Assembly (NCBI GenBank): GCA_964430565.1 | Contig: CAYSFD010000016.1 | Coordinates: forward strand, 14,902 to 78,901 | Direction of reading: 5' to 3' | DNA: 64,000 bases | From: an uncultured Enterobacteriaceae bacterium | GTDB lineage: Bacteria > Pseudomonadota > Gammaproteobacteria > Burkholderiales > SG8-39 | Part shown: piece after piece, positions 45,413 through 55,530 of the stretch | Layout: every line of letters begins with the position of its first letter | How positions within the stretch are numbered: the stretch's first letter is position 1 | Notes under the pieces: model-generated | Databases searched by the model: none | Told to the model about the DNA's origin: nothing | Seen by the model: the letters and a program-made list of their open reading frames with translations, nothing else | Program-made: the position numbers and the translations under genes

Positions 45413-45481
45413 GTCAGGTAAGCTCTACTAATGACGTCAGGTAAACCCTACTAACGACGTCAGGTAAACCCTACTAACGAC
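45413..45481. repeat. three head-to-tail 23-bp direct repeats
   Basis: Units: gtcaggtaagctctactaatgac, gtcaggtaaaccctactaacgac, gtcaggtaaaccctactaacgac. Units 2 and 3 are identical and unit 1 differs at 3 positions. The array lies 31-99 nt upstream of the amidase ATG. Confidence 0.9.
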
Positions 45482-45538
45482 ATAATTGCTGCGGCTAGGA
45501 AGCGTGCCAAGAAAACGCGCGGGGCAAAGCACCAATGA

Positions 45539-45928
45539 CTATGGAGGCGCCATTGGCTTGCAGCGCCTGGCGAGAAATTCCACAAGCGGTCGCATTGCTT
45601 CTGGCAGCGTAAGATCGTCGAACGATGGCTCAAGCTTGCTTGCGTCTGTTTCGATCGAAATATCGTGGAGGAGAAGGTCCGGCACGCCTTGGCTCTTGGC
45701 TGATTTCAGCTTGGCCGGCGGTATAGCGTCGAGCAAGCGCTTTAGGGCTTTCGCCTCTGCCGCCCTGAGCGCTCGACGCGGCACAGCAACCCGCGCAGTT
45801 GGTAGGTCCCCATCTGCGGATCGTAGGGCCTTAAAAACTGCCGCCGACGCAGCTGTAGATCTTTCCGAGAAATCGTCTTCGAACCCGGCCAAGAACGCAG
45901 CCTGAATCAACGCCCATGCCGCGGTCAC
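45539..45928 (-). CDS. hypothetical protein (129 aa), possibly chimeric
   Basis: GTG at 45928 overlaps the upstream TGA (GTGA). The C-terminal half looks protein-like (LKRLLDAIPPAKLKSAKSQGVPDLLLHDISIE). The ORF reads through repeat copy B in a frame different from the parental gene. Confidence 0.3.
   Translation of the reverse strand: MTAAWALIQAAFLAGFEDDFSERSTAASAAVFKALRSADGDLPTARVAVPRRALRAAEAKALKRLLDAIPPAKLKSAKSQGVPDLLLHDISIETDASKLEPSFDDLTLPEAMRPLVEFLARRCKPMAPP
45794..45829. repeat. 36-bp duplicate (part B) of the 3' end of the molybdoenzyme gene at 48691..48726
   Basis: cgcagttggtaggtccccatctgcggatcgtagggc is identical at both places, in the same orientation. In the intact gene, parts A and B are 11 nt apart. 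Confidence 0.85.
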
Positions 45929-48327
45929 TCCAAGGTGACCCCGTTCCGGTCGACGCTCGGCACCACCCAGAACTGATACATCCCGGCAAACGTGCCGGGA
46001 TGACGCGACTCGTATTCGGCCCAGTTCCCGAGCGAAACCGCCGCCGGGTCGTCCGGAAACTCGCGCTGATAGTCGAGCAGCGCAGTGCGGATCTCGAACT
46101 CGAATCCGAGGAACTCCAGCCCCAAGTCCGCGAGCAAGGCTTCGATCTCTCCGAGCGAGTAGCGCCGTTCCTGGACGTGGAACAGCAGATCGCGGCAACC
46201 CGACAGGGAATAGAAGTCCAGCGAATCCGCAACAGCGCGCGCGGAATTCTCCATCGGCAGCGCCAGGATCGCGGCACGCGCCGCGCGCATGCCCTGCGCG
46301 TCGGCGGGGTATCCGCGCTCGGCAATGAGCGTCCTGGCGGCAACCACGGAGCGCCGCCCGATCTCGCTGTAGAGCCCGACTTTCATTCGGCCGCCCGGAT
46401 TGAGCTGTCCGGCCAGTACCCGCCAGCCCTCGGCGGGATCCTGCATGTGATGCAGCACACCCGAGCACTCGATCATGTCGAAGCGCCGGTCTAGCCGGAC
46501 GAGTTCCAGGATGTCTGCCTGCGCGAATTCGACATTCAGCAGCCCGAGCTCTTTCGTGCGCCTGGCCGCGTACGCGAGGCTCGCCCGGCTCAGATCGATG
46601 GCGAGGATGCGGCTCCGGGGATTGAGCATCGACGTGATCGCCACATGCCTACCGGTTCCGCAGCCGGCGATGAGGATACTCGGTTGCTCCGCAACCTCTC
46701 CCGCCGATATCGAGTGTGGGAAAAGCGTGCGCAGCCGCAGCGCGAGGGGAAAGGCGCCTCCTGTCGATGGCACGCGCATCCAACGCGGGTAGGGGCGCTC
46801 CTCGTACTGCGTCCGAACCGCGCGTGAAACCTCATTGCCGATGACCCCCACCAACGTCAACTCGTTGCGGAAGCGCGCTTCCTCCGCGGGCTCGGTCACC
46901 TGCCGCAGAAATAGCCGCTCAAACATCGAGTTCGTCGATGCAGGCATGGCCGCCAGTCCCCGCAACGCGTGCAGGGGGCAATAGCACGCGTACAAGGCGA
47001 GGTCTGTCTCGCTCAAACCCTCTCCCCGCGCCAATCCGTTTTCAAGTTCCCCCTTCAGGCGCTCGACGATGCGCGTCTCGTCATCATCTTGCGCATGCAC
47101 ATACTCGCTCAGGAAACACTGATGCGCGATGGCCGCCAGAACATCGCGCATGAGCGCGTCGCCGCGGAGTGTTCCCTCATCCCGCGCGAGGATGGCAGCG
47201 CGGCGAACGCGGGAAATCAGAGCCTCAAAATCAGGCTCGGGGATGAGCGCGTTTTCCAACATCAGGAGTAACATCGGCCGCGCGAGTTGGCGCACTACGG
47301 CTTCGTTGAGCTGCAGCACCGCGCCGCTCCGGCAATCGAGCGGCAGCACGGAGACAAAACGCGCATCGGTGCGCAGCAGGCTCGCAGCAGCCTGCGCGAG
47401 ATACGCCGGCTCGATGTCCGGCCGCGAGAAGCATTCCATGAGCTCGGATTCGGCCTCGGGCGTGTAGACGTCGAACCGGAACTGGGCCAGCACATCAGCC
47501 AGCCACTGCCAAGCCACCGGCTCCTGCGGCGCCAATCGCGCGGCGGCATACAGATGCTCCAGCGCGGCACCGGGCTGCGCCGCATCGACCAGCGCCCGCC
47601 CGAAGTTGAGCCTCGCCATGGGAAAACCCGGGTCAATCTCCACCGCGCGTTGATAGTTCGCCATGCTTCCGGGCATGTCGCCCAGCGCGCGCAGCGCATT
47701 GCCAAGATTGTTGTGCGCCATGGCATTGCGCGGATTGAGCTCGATCGCCAGATGGAACCGTTCGCGTGCCCGCTCCACCTCGCCGTGTTCCAGCAGCGCG
47801 TAACCGAAGTTGTTGTGGACCGTATCGTCTGCCGGATTCAGGGCCAGTGCCGTCTCGAATGCCGTCACCGCTTGCTCGAATCGCCCCATGCGCAGCAGGA
47901 CCACGGCGAGATAGTTGTAAGCTGCCGCGGAATCGCCTTTTGCGGACACGGCCCGACGCAGCGACACTTCCGCCTCGGGCAGTTCATTGAGCTGCAGCAG
48001 CACGATGCCGCGGTTGCGCCAGTACGCCTCGTTCGCGGGCGCCAACTCGACCGAGCGTTGCAGTGCCGTGAGGCTCTCGTCACGGCGCCCCATCTGAAAC
48101 AGGCACATGCCGAGAAAATGCACCGCTTCGGCACTGGATGGCTCGCGCGCGAGTATCTGCCGGTACATCTGCTCGGCCTGCCCGAGTTGTCCGCCCTGGA
48201 GCAGGCGCGACGCAAACGCCAGTGATCCGGCTGGACCGGCGGTACGGCCGGGTCCGGCAGGTGCTCCGCAGCAGTGCTTGTATTTCCTGCTGCTGCCGCA
48301 GGGACAAGGATCGTTGCGACCGGTCAC
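45925..48327 (-). CDS. SEC-C motif + TPR repeat + class I SAM-dependent methyltransferase protein
   Basis: N-terminus GRNDPCPCGSSRKYKHCCG is a SEC-C metal-binding motif. About 8 TPR units follow. C-terminal methyltransferase fold ILIAGCGTGRH...ILAIDLS...FDMIECSGVLHH. Confidence 0.8.
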   Translation of the reverse strand: MTGRNDPCPCGSSRKYKHCCGAPAGPGRTAGPAGSLAFASRLLQGGQLGQAEQMYRQILAREPSSAEAVHFLGMCLFQMGRRDESLTALQRSVELAPANEAYWRNRGIVLLQLNELPEAEVSLRRAVSAKGDSAAAYNYLAVVLLRMGRFEQAVTAFETALALNPADDTVHNNFGYALLEHGEVERARERFHLAIELNPRNAMAHNNLGNALRALGDMPGSMANYQRAVEIDPGFPMARLNFGRALVDAAQPGAALEHLYAAARLAPQEPVAWQWLADVLAQFRFDVYTPEAESELMECFSRPDIEPAYLAQAAASLLRTDARFVSVLPLDCRSGAVLQLNEAVVRQLARPMLLLMLENALIPEPDFEALISRVRRAAILARDEGTLRGDALMRDVLAAIAHQCFLSEYVHAQDDDETRIVERLKGELENGLARGEGLSETDLALYACYCPLHALRGLAAMPASTNSMFERLFLRQVTEPAEEARFRNELTLVGVIGNEVSRAVRTQYEERPYPRWMRVPSTGGAFPLALRLRTLFPHSISAGEVAEQPSILIAGCGTGRHVAITSMLNPRSRILAIDLSRASLAYAARRTKELGLLNVEFAQADILELVRLDRRFDMIECSGVLHHMQDPAEGWRVLAGQLNPGGRMKVGLYSEIGRRSVVAARTLIAERGYPADAQGMRAARAAILALPMENSARAVADSLDFYSLSGCRDLLFHVQERRYSLGEIEALLADLGLEFLGFEFEIRTALLDYQREFPDDPAAVSLGNWAEYESRHPGTFAGMYQFWVVPSVDRNGVTLE

Positions 48328-48653
48328 ACCGGGTCAGTGCCGGTCAAGGAAACGCGCCACTTCACCTCCGTCCAGGTGCACAAACAGAACGACTGCAGCG
48401 TCCTTTGGCAGTTGCGGCCGTTTCGCGCCGATTCGGGCCGAGCGGAGATCGGGCATGCGGGGATTTTGCGCTTGGGGTGGCCGGATTTGCAACACCAGTG
48501 CCTCACGGGGCCAGGTGCGGGACCGGCGCAACGCAACCGCAGGGCGCGAGGCCCGTGGCGGGCGGGTCGCGCTCATCGGGCTCGGACGCCCAGCGCCCTT
48601 ATCCTTCAGAATCGTCCACACCTTATCGGGTGTGATCGAGACCTCGAGATGCG

Positions 48654-50774
48654 TCAGCTCCCGTCCTTCTCCACCCGGCAGAGCATCCCCCGCAGTTGGT
48701 AGGTCCCCATCTGCGGATCGTAGGGCGGGCCGTTGTCGGTGAGCACGTTGGCATTCGAGCGCCACACGCCGTACTCGGGCGCGCCCTCCTCCGGAAACCA
48801 CCAGCCGTGCTCGGCGTGGATGACGCGCGGGTCGCTGCCCGGGGCGTATTTCGCTTTCTGGCGGATGCGCCCGCGGCGCGTCTCGATCCACATCCACTCG
48901 TTCTCCACGATGCCGTGGCGCGCGGCGGTCTCAGGATGGATCTCGGCGCGCGGCTCGCGGTAAGCCTTGCGCAGGTTCGGCAGCTGGCGGTGCTCCGAGT
49001 TGAAGAAGTACGGGATGCGCGCGCCGGTGGTGAGCACCAGCGGGAACTCGCGCGCCACCTCGGGCGCGGAGATCGGGCTCTCGGGCGGCTCTTCGTAATG
49101 CGGCAGCGGCGCGTAGCCCATTGCCTCGAATCGGGTCGAGTAGAGCTCGATTTTGCCGGTCGGCGTCTTGAAGCCGTGCTCCTCGTACTTGCGGTACTTG
49201 AAAGGCATTTGATGGAAGCCGCGCTGCGTCAGCTCCTCGAAGCTCATGCCCACGCCGCCGGCCTTGAGCTGCTGGTTGAGGACCTCCTTTACCGATTCCT
49301 CGCACACGCCGAGCTTCATGCGGCGCGCGAGCGCGACGAAGATCTCCTCGTCCGGCTTGCATTCGCCCACCTGTACGACCTTCTGCTGCGCGAGCACGAC
49401 GTTCGCGGCGACCGTCGGCAGCCCGGCGAGCTGGTCAAGCTCGGGCCAGGCCGCCGCGGGCAGGACGATGTCGGCGAGCTCGGCGGTCGGCGTCATAAAC
49501 AGATCCGCGCACACCATGAAGTCGAGCTTCATGAGCGACTCGTACACGAGCTTGGTATTGGCGTAAGTGGTGAGCGTGTTGTTGCCGAACACGAGGAAAG
49601 CCTTCACTGGATAAGGCTTGCCCTCGCGCATCGCCTGCAGCAAAGTCGGGATGTGCGCGGCCGGAAGATCGGCGCCCTCGCCGCCGAGCAGCTTGAACTT
49701 GTCCGCGCCCAGACGTTTCGCGTTTGCTTCGGGGGACAGGTGCTCGATCAGGCTCGGGAAGCGCCCCAGGCCCTTCATGCCGAACACCCAGCCGCCGGGC
49801 ACGTCGACGTTGCCGGTGAGCGCGGGCAGCATCGAGATCGCGCGCACCGTCTGGATGCATTTAGGCGTGTGCTCAATGGCGCAGCCCCATTCGAGCATCG
49901 ATGGCCGGGTCGCGGCGTAGAGCCGCGCGGCGGCGCGGATTTTCTCGGCCGGCACCCAGGTGATCGGCGCCGCCCACTCAGGCGTATACGGCCGCAGGTG
50001 CGCAACGAGCTGATCGAAGCCGTGCGTCCAGCGCGCGACAAACGCCCGGTCGTGCAGGTTTTCCGTGACGATTGCGTTCAGCATCGCGAGCGCGAGTGCG
50101 TCGTCCACGCCCGGTCGCACGCGCAGCCAGACATCGGCGCGCTTGGCGAGCTCGGTCTCGCGCGGATCGACGACGATGATTTTCGGGTTGCCTTCGAGCG
50201 AGTCGCGTGCATTGAAGCGCGTTTCTCCGTCCGGCCCCGAGTTGAGCGGGTTGTGGCCCCAGTACAGGATGCATTCGGGTTTCGTGTCGCCGGTGAAGTC
50301 GCACACCGGGAAGTCGCCGTAGGTGAGGAGGCAGGTGTTGACGCGCGGATGGAAGCACTGCGCGAAGCCCGGCTCGCACCAGTTGGGCGTGCCGAGTGCG
50401 TGCGCGAAGCGCGACACCCAGCGGATGTGGTGGCGACCGGTGCCGGTGCCAAGCGCGATCGCTTCGGCGCCGAATTCCCTACGGATCGCGAGCAGCCGGG
50501 CGGAGATTTCGTCCAGCGCCGCGTCCCAGGAAATACGCTCCCATTTTCCTGAGCCGCGCGGGCCGACGCGCCGCAGCGGGTGCTTGAGACGATCCGGGTG
50601 GTAGACCAGATCGAGGGTCGCGCTGCCGATGGGGCAGAGCCGCCCGCGGTTCAAGGGCGAGTCGGGATCGCCGCGCACCTTGGTGAGGCGCCCGTCCTCG
50701 ACGTGCATGAGCGCGCCGCAGCCGCCGTGGCAGGAGCGGCATACGCTCTTGAAGACGCGGGTCGCGCTCTCCAT
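48654..50774 (-). CDS. molybdopterin-dependent oxidoreductase (DMSO-reductase superfamily, cytoplasmic, N-terminal 4Fe-4S motif)
   Basis: CRSCHGGCG...C is a Cys cluster. Followed by the ISWDEAL-type segment (ISWDAALDEI), the VVDPR motif and a C-terminal beta-barrel domain. No Tat signal. Confidence 0.85.
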   Translation of the reverse strand: MESATRVFKSVCRSCHGGCGALMHVEDGRLTKVRGDPDSPLNRGRLCPIGSATLDLVYHPDRLKHPLRRVGPRGSGKWERISWDAALDEISARLLAIRREFGAEAIALGTGTGRHHIRWVSRFAHALGTPNWCEPGFAQCFHPRVNTCLLTYGDFPVCDFTGDTKPECILYWGHNPLNSGPDGETRFNARDSLEGNPKIIVVDPRETELAKRADVWLRVRPGVDDALALAMLNAIVTENLHDRAFVARWTHGFDQLVAHLRPYTPEWAAPITWVPAEKIRAAARLYAATRPSMLEWGCAIEHTPKCIQTVRAISMLPALTGNVDVPGGWVFGMKGLGRFPSLIEHLSPEANAKRLGADKFKLLGGEGADLPAAHIPTLLQAMREGKPYPVKAFLVFGNNTLTTYANTKLVYESLMKLDFMVCADLFMTPTAELADIVLPAAAWPELDQLAGLPTVAANVVLAQQKVVQVGECKPDEEIFVALARRMKLGVCEESVKEVLNQQLKAGGVGMSFEELTQRGFHQMPFKYRKYEEHGFKTPTGKIELYSTRFEAMGYAPLPHYEEPPESPISAPEVAREFPLVLTTGARIPYFFNSEHRQLPNLRKAYREPRAEIHPETAARHGIVENEWMWIETRRGRIRQKAKYAPGSDPRVIHAEHGWWFPEEGAPEYGVWRSNANVLTDNGPPYDPQMGTYQLRGMLCRVEKDGS

Positions 50775-50782
50775 GGCGGGAC

Positions 50783-51130
50783 TCAGCTCGCGAGCTTCGG
50801 CACCACGAGGTGAAAGAGCTTCAACGGCGCGCTGCCTGAATGGCGGACAATCGCCCGCTCGTTCGGGCCGAGATAGATGCCCGCGCCCTTGCCGACCTCA
50901 TGGTCTTTCGCGTTCAGCGTGATGACGCCTTGACCTTCCATGAGGTAGATGAGCTGGTGCGAGTTCTTCTCCGCGCCGGCCTCAAGCCGCTCGCCCGCGC
51001 GCAGCCAGCGAAGCATTCCGAGCCCGTTCTTCGCTCCGCACAGCTTCTCGTTCATGATCTCCGCCACCTCGCCTGCGCCTGCGATCTTTCGTTTCGGGCA
51101 GTCGCCCGTCTTGATGAATGTCGCGGTCAT
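50783..51130 (-). CDS. cupin-domain protein
   Basis: 115-aa ORF. The HQLIYLMEGQGVITL...GAGIYLGPNE pattern fits the two-motif cupin barrel. Confidence 0.6.
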   Translation of the reverse strand: MTATFIKTGDCPKRKIAGAGEVAEIMNEKLCGAKNGLGMLRWLRAGERLEAGAEKNSHQLIYLMEGQGVITLNAKDHEVGKGAGIYLGPNERAIVRHSGSAPLKLFHLVVPKLAS

Positions 51131-51142
51131 GGCTCGTCTCCC

Positions 51143-51556
51143 CTAGCTCTGCACCCAGACCTTGCCGTCCTTGCGCTCCCACAGGAGATCCTCCTTGGTG
51201 CCGTCGAGGATGGTGGTCTTGAAGCGGTTCGGCGACTGGTACTCGAAGTAGAACAGCGGCTCGACCGCGCGCAGGCGGTGGCGGTCGTCCGCCGGGAAGA
51301 AGATCAGGTCGCCGGGCGCGACATCGCGCACGCCCTCGGCCGTCTCCACCGTGGCCTTGCCTTCCATGATGAAGTAGAAGTGCTCGCAGTTCGCGTGCTG
51401 ATGCAGGGGCGAAGCCGCGCCCTTCTTGTAGCGCATGATCCCGGCGAGCATGGCGTCGGTCTGCGTCAATTCCTTGCTGACGAAGAACACGCGCTCGCGT
51501 CCCGGCACCGTGGACACCAGACTCGGCAATTCGTTCTGATGAAAGATGTAGGCCAT
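51143..51556 (-). CDS. cupin-domain protein
   Basis: 137-aa ORF with PLHQHANCEHFYFIMEGKATV...GDLIFFPADDRHRL (cupin motifs 1 and 2 with His ligands). Confidence 0.7.
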   Translation of the reverse strand: MAYIFHQNELPSLVSTVPGRERVFFVSKELTQTDAMLAGIMRYKKGAASPLHQHANCEHFYFIMEGKATVETAEGVRDVAPGDLIFFPADDRHRLRAVEPLFYFEYQSPNRFKTTILDGTKEDLLWERKDGKVWVQS

Positions 51557-51589
51557 CCGTTTCTCCTCGTTATGCCACGATCAACCGGC

Positions 51590-52447
51590 TCAAGAGGCCG
51601 GGCGCTGCTCCAGCATGATGTCGCCCAGCACGGCGCTCTTGCCCAGCGCCACCTCGAGCGTCTTCGACGCGAAGCGCGCGTCGGCGATGCGCAAGCGGTA
51701 GGCACCGCTTCCTTCCTCGAGACCGCCGAAGCGGAAGTCGCCGTACGGGTCGCTCACCGCCTCGGCGATCTGCGCACCGTTCTTCTCCAGCGTGACGCGC
51801 GCGCCTTCGACGCATTCGGTCATGCCGCCGATCTCGCCGGCAAGGCTGCCCGCGACGAACACCCGGGTCCAGCGATCGAGGTTCTTGTAATACACGCGCG
51901 GCTTCGTCTTGAACTCCGGATGCAGGACCGAAAGCTTCTCCTCGCGCGCGATGCGCTGCATTTCCTCGTCCTCGACATGCAGCGTGCGCATCGCGCGCGT
52001 GGGGCAAACCTGCGCGCCGCGCGTCTGCGTCCAGCCGGCGTCGAGCAAATGCGCATCGAACGGCCAGGCCTGCGGCAACTGCTTCTCTTCGTTCCACCAG
52101 ATCGCGCCGTAGGGACAGGCTTCGACCAGTTGCCGCTGCCCCTTCGCCTTTTCCGGAACGATGATGACGATGCCGTCGGCACGCTTCGTTATTGCGCCGT
52201 CGCGCGCGGCTTTCATGCACGGCGGGTTATCGCAGTGGTTGCAGGTCACCGGAAGGTACGAGACCTCGACCACCGGGAAGGTGCCGCTCTCGCGCTGGCG
52301 GATCTCGATCCAGCGGTGGCCGAGGCGCGACATCTCCGCCGCGACGCCGGGGAAGTCGTTGCCGAAATACTCGTCGTGGCAGGCCATGGTGCAGGCGTTG
52401 CAGCCGAAGCACTGCGCGACGTCGATGACCAGGTTCCATTTTTTCAT
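51590..52447 (-). CDS. 4Fe-4S beta subunit of a DMSO-reductase-family enzyme (BthL-like, with C-terminal beta-sandwich extension)
   Basis: Cluster motifs CFGCNACTMAC, CNHCDNPPC and ACPYGAIWW. The ~90-aa C-terminal Gly-rich strand domain (ARVTLEKNG...YGDFRFGGL..GAYRLRI) resembles a carboxypeptidase-regulatory/Ig-like fold. Confidence 0.75.
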   Translation of the reverse strand: MKKWNLVIDVAQCFGCNACTMACHDEYFGNDFPGVAAEMSRLGHRWIEIRQRESGTFPVVEVSYLPVTCNHCDNPPCMKAARDGAITKRADGIVIIVPEKAKGQRQLVEACPYGAIWWNEEKQLPQAWPFDAHLLDAGWTQTRGAQVCPTRAMRTLHVEDEEMQRIAREEKLSVLHPEFKTKPRVYYKNLDRWTRVFVAGSLAGEIGGMTECVEGARVTLEKNGAQIAEAVSDPYGDFRFGGLEEGSGAYRLRIADARFASKTLEVALGKSAVLGDIMLEQRPAS

Positions 52448-52459
52448 GTGCGCCGCCCC

Positions 52460-55456
52460 TCACGCGCTCGCCGCCTGGGCGGCGGGGTGCAGCGCACCCG
52501 ATCCGTCCCAGCGCACGATCTCCACCAGACAGGAGTTCACCGCAGTGCCGGTCACCTTGGCCGCGATCGAGCGCTTGGGTGTGAGCTGATTGATGCAGCC
52601 GCCGCGATCGACCGAATTTCCCGGCTCGCCCATCGGGTCGTACACCGCGGAGGACTCGTAGGAATGCACGGTCCCGCGCGGCAGGCGCTCGGTGAGCTGC
52701 GCCGCGCACACCACCGCGCCGCGGTCGTTGAACACCCTGACGAGGTCGTGCTGCTTGATGCCGCGCGCTTTCGCGTCTTCGCTGTTGATACGCATCACCC
52801 AGTAGTAGTAGCCGTCGATACGCACGCGGTGCTCTTCGATGTCGTTCACCGCGCTCTCCTTACCGTCGGAGAGCGTGTGATAGGAAAAGCGCGAGTGCGG
52901 CGAGATCATCTGCAGGGGGTAGCGCTCCACCAGTCCCTTCGTCTGCAGGCCTTCCCACGAGGGCAGGTATTTCACGATCGGCGGGCGCTCGGGGTCATCC
53001 GGGTCGAAGCGCTTGAGGCTGGAGCACTCGAACTCGAACTTTCCCGACCGCGTCTGCAGGCCTTCGAGATACTGCTTGCCGTAGTCCCCCGGCAGAGGAT
53101 GCGGCTCGGGCACGTCCTTCTTGCGGCCCTCGTAGAACCAGCGCAGCGCCGGCGGGTCGCGCCGCTCTTCGGACGGCGCCGGCACGACGAAATATCCTTT
53201 CTTGAGGAATTCCGGCCACGAGATGTGCTTGGGCAGATCGGAAGCGTCGAACAGGCGCTTCACCCAGTCGAGCTCGTTCATGCCCTCGGAATAGTAGGTG
53301 CCCAGGCCGAGGCGATTGGCAAGCTCGAGAAAGATCTGGTAATCGGACTTCGACTCGCCCAGCGGCTCGATGCATTTGTGTTGCATCAGCACGATGCGGT
53401 GGTTCATCTGCGTCTGGCCGTGCAGCGCGTAGCCGCCGGTGCCGCCGAACTCGCTGATGTCCCAGCGCTCGAACTGCGTGCACGCGGGCAGGATCACGTC
53501 GGCGAACTTCGCCTCGCCCTCGAACCAGATCGACTGGTTGACCACGAACTCCAGGTTCTCGGTGCGGTAGGCCTTCACGTAGCGATTGGTCTCGCTCATG
53601 GTGCCGATCGAGGCGCCGCCGTACTTGTAGAACATGCGGATTGGGCTGTGGCCGGGCGCCGGATAGCTGAATTTCTGGAACTGTCCCTCGATCGTCTTGC
53701 CGTTCCAGGGATAGCCCTCGGTCTTGCCCTCCAGAATCGCCTCGGGAATGCGCAGCCGCGGTACCTTCTGCGTCGAAGGATTGAAGCTCGGCAATTGCGG
53801 CATGCGCTGATACAGGCTGATCGGCATGCCGGTGTTCTCGATATCGCCCGAGATGCCGCCGTCGGCGTAGCCGGGGAAATAGAAGTGCAGGTCGATCGGC
53901 GTGCCCCACTGGAGGTGGCCGAAGTTAACTCCGGGACGGCCCATGCCCTGCATCGCAAGGAGACACGCCAATGCCCTCGCCCATTGGATGCCGGTCGCCG
54001 AGCGGCAGGCGCCGCCGTGGCCGTTGCCCCAGCCGCCCGCGCCGAGGTAGGTTTTCTTGCTCGCCCAGCGACGCGCGAGCGCGCGCACGTCCTTCGCGGC
54101 GATGCCGGTCTCGGGCTCCTGCCACTCGGGCGTCTTCGGTACGCCGTCCTCTTTTCCGACGATGTAGTCGCGCCACACCTCGAACCCCACCGAACGCTCG
54201 GCGACATATTTCTTGTCATACGTTCCCTCCGTGATCCAAACCCAGGCGATGGCGAGCGCCATCGCGGCATCGGTGCCGGGCTTGGGCGCGAACCACTTGC
54301 CGCCGAGCAGCGCCGCCGTGTGGTTGTAGTAGGGATCGATGTGCACGATCTCGATGCCGAGGTCCTTCAGCCACTGCCGGCGCGGCGTGCCCTCGAAAGC
54401 GCTGTACGAGCCGCTGGTGCACTCCGGATCGGCCGACCAGAACACCACCATCTCGGCTTCCTTCATGAGGTCTTCGACCAGGCTGTAGGTCTCGGTCTGG
54501 CCGAGGCGCATGCTGTAGCCGTAGTGGTGCATCGCGCCCCAGTACCAGCCCTCCCAGCTGTCGGGATTGTGGATGACGCGCGTAGTGCCGATGGCGTTGA
54601 AGAACTTGTACGCGGCGCTGATGTAGTAGCCGATGTTGCCCCAGGTGTGGTGCGAGCCGTGGTTGGCGATGATCGCGCCCTGGCCGTGCTCGGTCTTCAC
54701 GCGTCTGATCTCGGAGGCGACGAGCTCGAGCGCCTCGTCCCAGCTGATCCTCACGTAGCCCGAGACGCCGCGGTTCCTAGGGTTGCGTTCGCCCTTGGGA
54801 TCGAAATCGACGCGCTTCATCGGGTAGAGCAGCCGATGCGGCGAATAGACCGTCGATTTCGAGCACAGCGTGTGCGGCGCGACGCTGGTCTTGCGCGGCG
54901 GCGTGAAGCTCTTGCCGCGCGCCTTGATCGTCCACGGCTCCGCGTCGTCCTCGCCGAACTCGATCGGCGTCAGGCGCACGATCCTGTCGTCCTTTACATA
55001 AACGAAAAGCGGTCCGCCGTTGGTGTTGGTCACGAAACGCCTGGTGCCGTCGGGCATGGCGGTGCCGTATTCGAGACCCACGGTCTGCATCATGGCGAGG
55101 GTCTGGGTAAACCACACGACCAGCTCGTCGGGCCCCTCGGCCTTGAAGTCGAAGTTCTTCATCGCCTCGATGCGCTCGAGCTGTTCCACCCACGGGGTGA
55201 AAAGCCGCGCACCGAGCTCAGCTGAGGCGATGGAAACAGTGATCTGCGGGTCCGGGTGCAGGCCGCTCCTTGACTCGATGCGTCCATCGCGGAAGCTGAA
55301 ATAGCGGCCGACGTCGCCGTCGAAGGTCCGGATCTGCGCGGTGAAGTTCTTCTCGGCGAGGCGCTTGGCGAAGGCGGAATGCCTGCGCGCCTTGTGCCGG
55401 AGCATCTTCAGCATGCCAAAGAGCAGCGCCGAGAACTTGAGTGTGCCGAGGCTCAT
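52460..55456 (-). CDS. molybdopterin alpha subunit, pyrogallol-phloroglucinol transhydroxylase / resorcinol hydroxylase (AthL)-like, with N-terminal SCP2-like extension
   Basis: Met at 55456 (MSLGTLKF) within ORF 52460..56326. No N-terminal Cys cluster, as in AthL. Long collinear Mo-bisPGD enzyme body. Residues ~35-125 resemble the SCP2 sterol-carrier fold. Confidence 0.7.
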   Translation of the reverse strand: MSLGTLKFSALLFGMLKMLRHKARRHSAFAKRLAEKNFTAQIRTFDGDVGRYFSFRDGRIESRSGLHPDPQITVSIASAELGARLFTPWVEQLERIEAMKNFDFKAEGPDELVVWFTQTLAMMQTVGLEYGTAMPDGTRRFVTNTNGGPLFVYVKDDRIVRLTPIEFGEDDAEPWTIKARGKSFTPPRKTSVAPHTLCSKSTVYSPHRLLYPMKRVDFDPKGERNPRNRGVSGYVRISWDEALELVASEIRRVKTEHGQGAIIANHGSHHTWGNIGYYISAAYKFFNAIGTTRVIHNPDSWEGWYWGAMHHYGYSMRLGQTETYSLVEDLMKEAEMVVFWSADPECTSGSYSAFEGTPRRQWLKDLGIEIVHIDPYYNHTAALLGGKWFAPKPGTDAAMALAIAWVWITEGTYDKKYVAERSVGFEVWRDYIVGKEDGVPKTPEWQEPETGIAAKDVRALARRWASKKTYLGAGGWGNGHGGACRSATGIQWARALACLLAMQGMGRPGVNFGHLQWGTPIDLHFYFPGYADGGISGDIENTGMPISLYQRMPQLPSFNPSTQKVPRLRIPEAILEGKTEGYPWNGKTIEGQFQKFSYPAPGHSPIRMFYKYGGASIGTMSETNRYVKAYRTENLEFVVNQSIWFEGEAKFADVILPACTQFERWDISEFGGTGGYALHGQTQMNHRIVLMQHKCIEPLGESKSDYQIFLELANRLGLGTYYSEGMNELDWVKRLFDASDLPKHISWPEFLKKGYFVVPAPSEERRDPPALRWFYEGRKKDVPEPHPLPGDYGKQYLEGLQTRSGKFEFECSSLKRFDPDDPERPPIVKYLPSWEGLQTKGLVERYPLQMISPHSRFSYHTLSDGKESAVNDIEEHRVRIDGYYYWVMRINSEDAKARGIKQHDLVRVFNDRGAVVCAAQLTERLPRGTVHSYESSAVYDPMGEPGNSVDRGGCINQLTPKRSIAAKVTGTAVNSCLVEIVRWDGSGALHPAAQAASA

Positions 55457-55530
55457 GTAAGCGTCCCGAAAGTCAGCGGAATTCTCTCCCGCTAGCCTCC
55501 AGCACTCCGCCAGGAGCCATTTGATGCAAA

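Noticed and set aside
45413-45481. Possible CRISPR array
   Set aside because: The three 23-bp units are contiguous with no spacers, and no cas genes are present. This is a tandem repeat, not a CRISPR.
48334-48897. 187-aa minus-strand ORF filling the gap between the TPR-methyltransferase and molybdoenzyme genes
   Set aside because: Its 5' half overlaps the molybdoenzyme 3' end out of frame. The remainder is Arg/Pro-rich, apart from a short plausible stretch (LEVSITPDKVWTILKDKG). No start/RBS combination or family match supports it.
50840-55225. 1461-aa plus-strand ORF, the longest in the window
   Set aside because: It runs antisense to four well-supported minus-strand genes (cupins, Fe-S beta subunit, AthL-like alpha subunit). 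Its translation is Arg/Ala/Gly/Leu-rich low-complexity with no motifs. This is a typical high-G+C shadow ORF.
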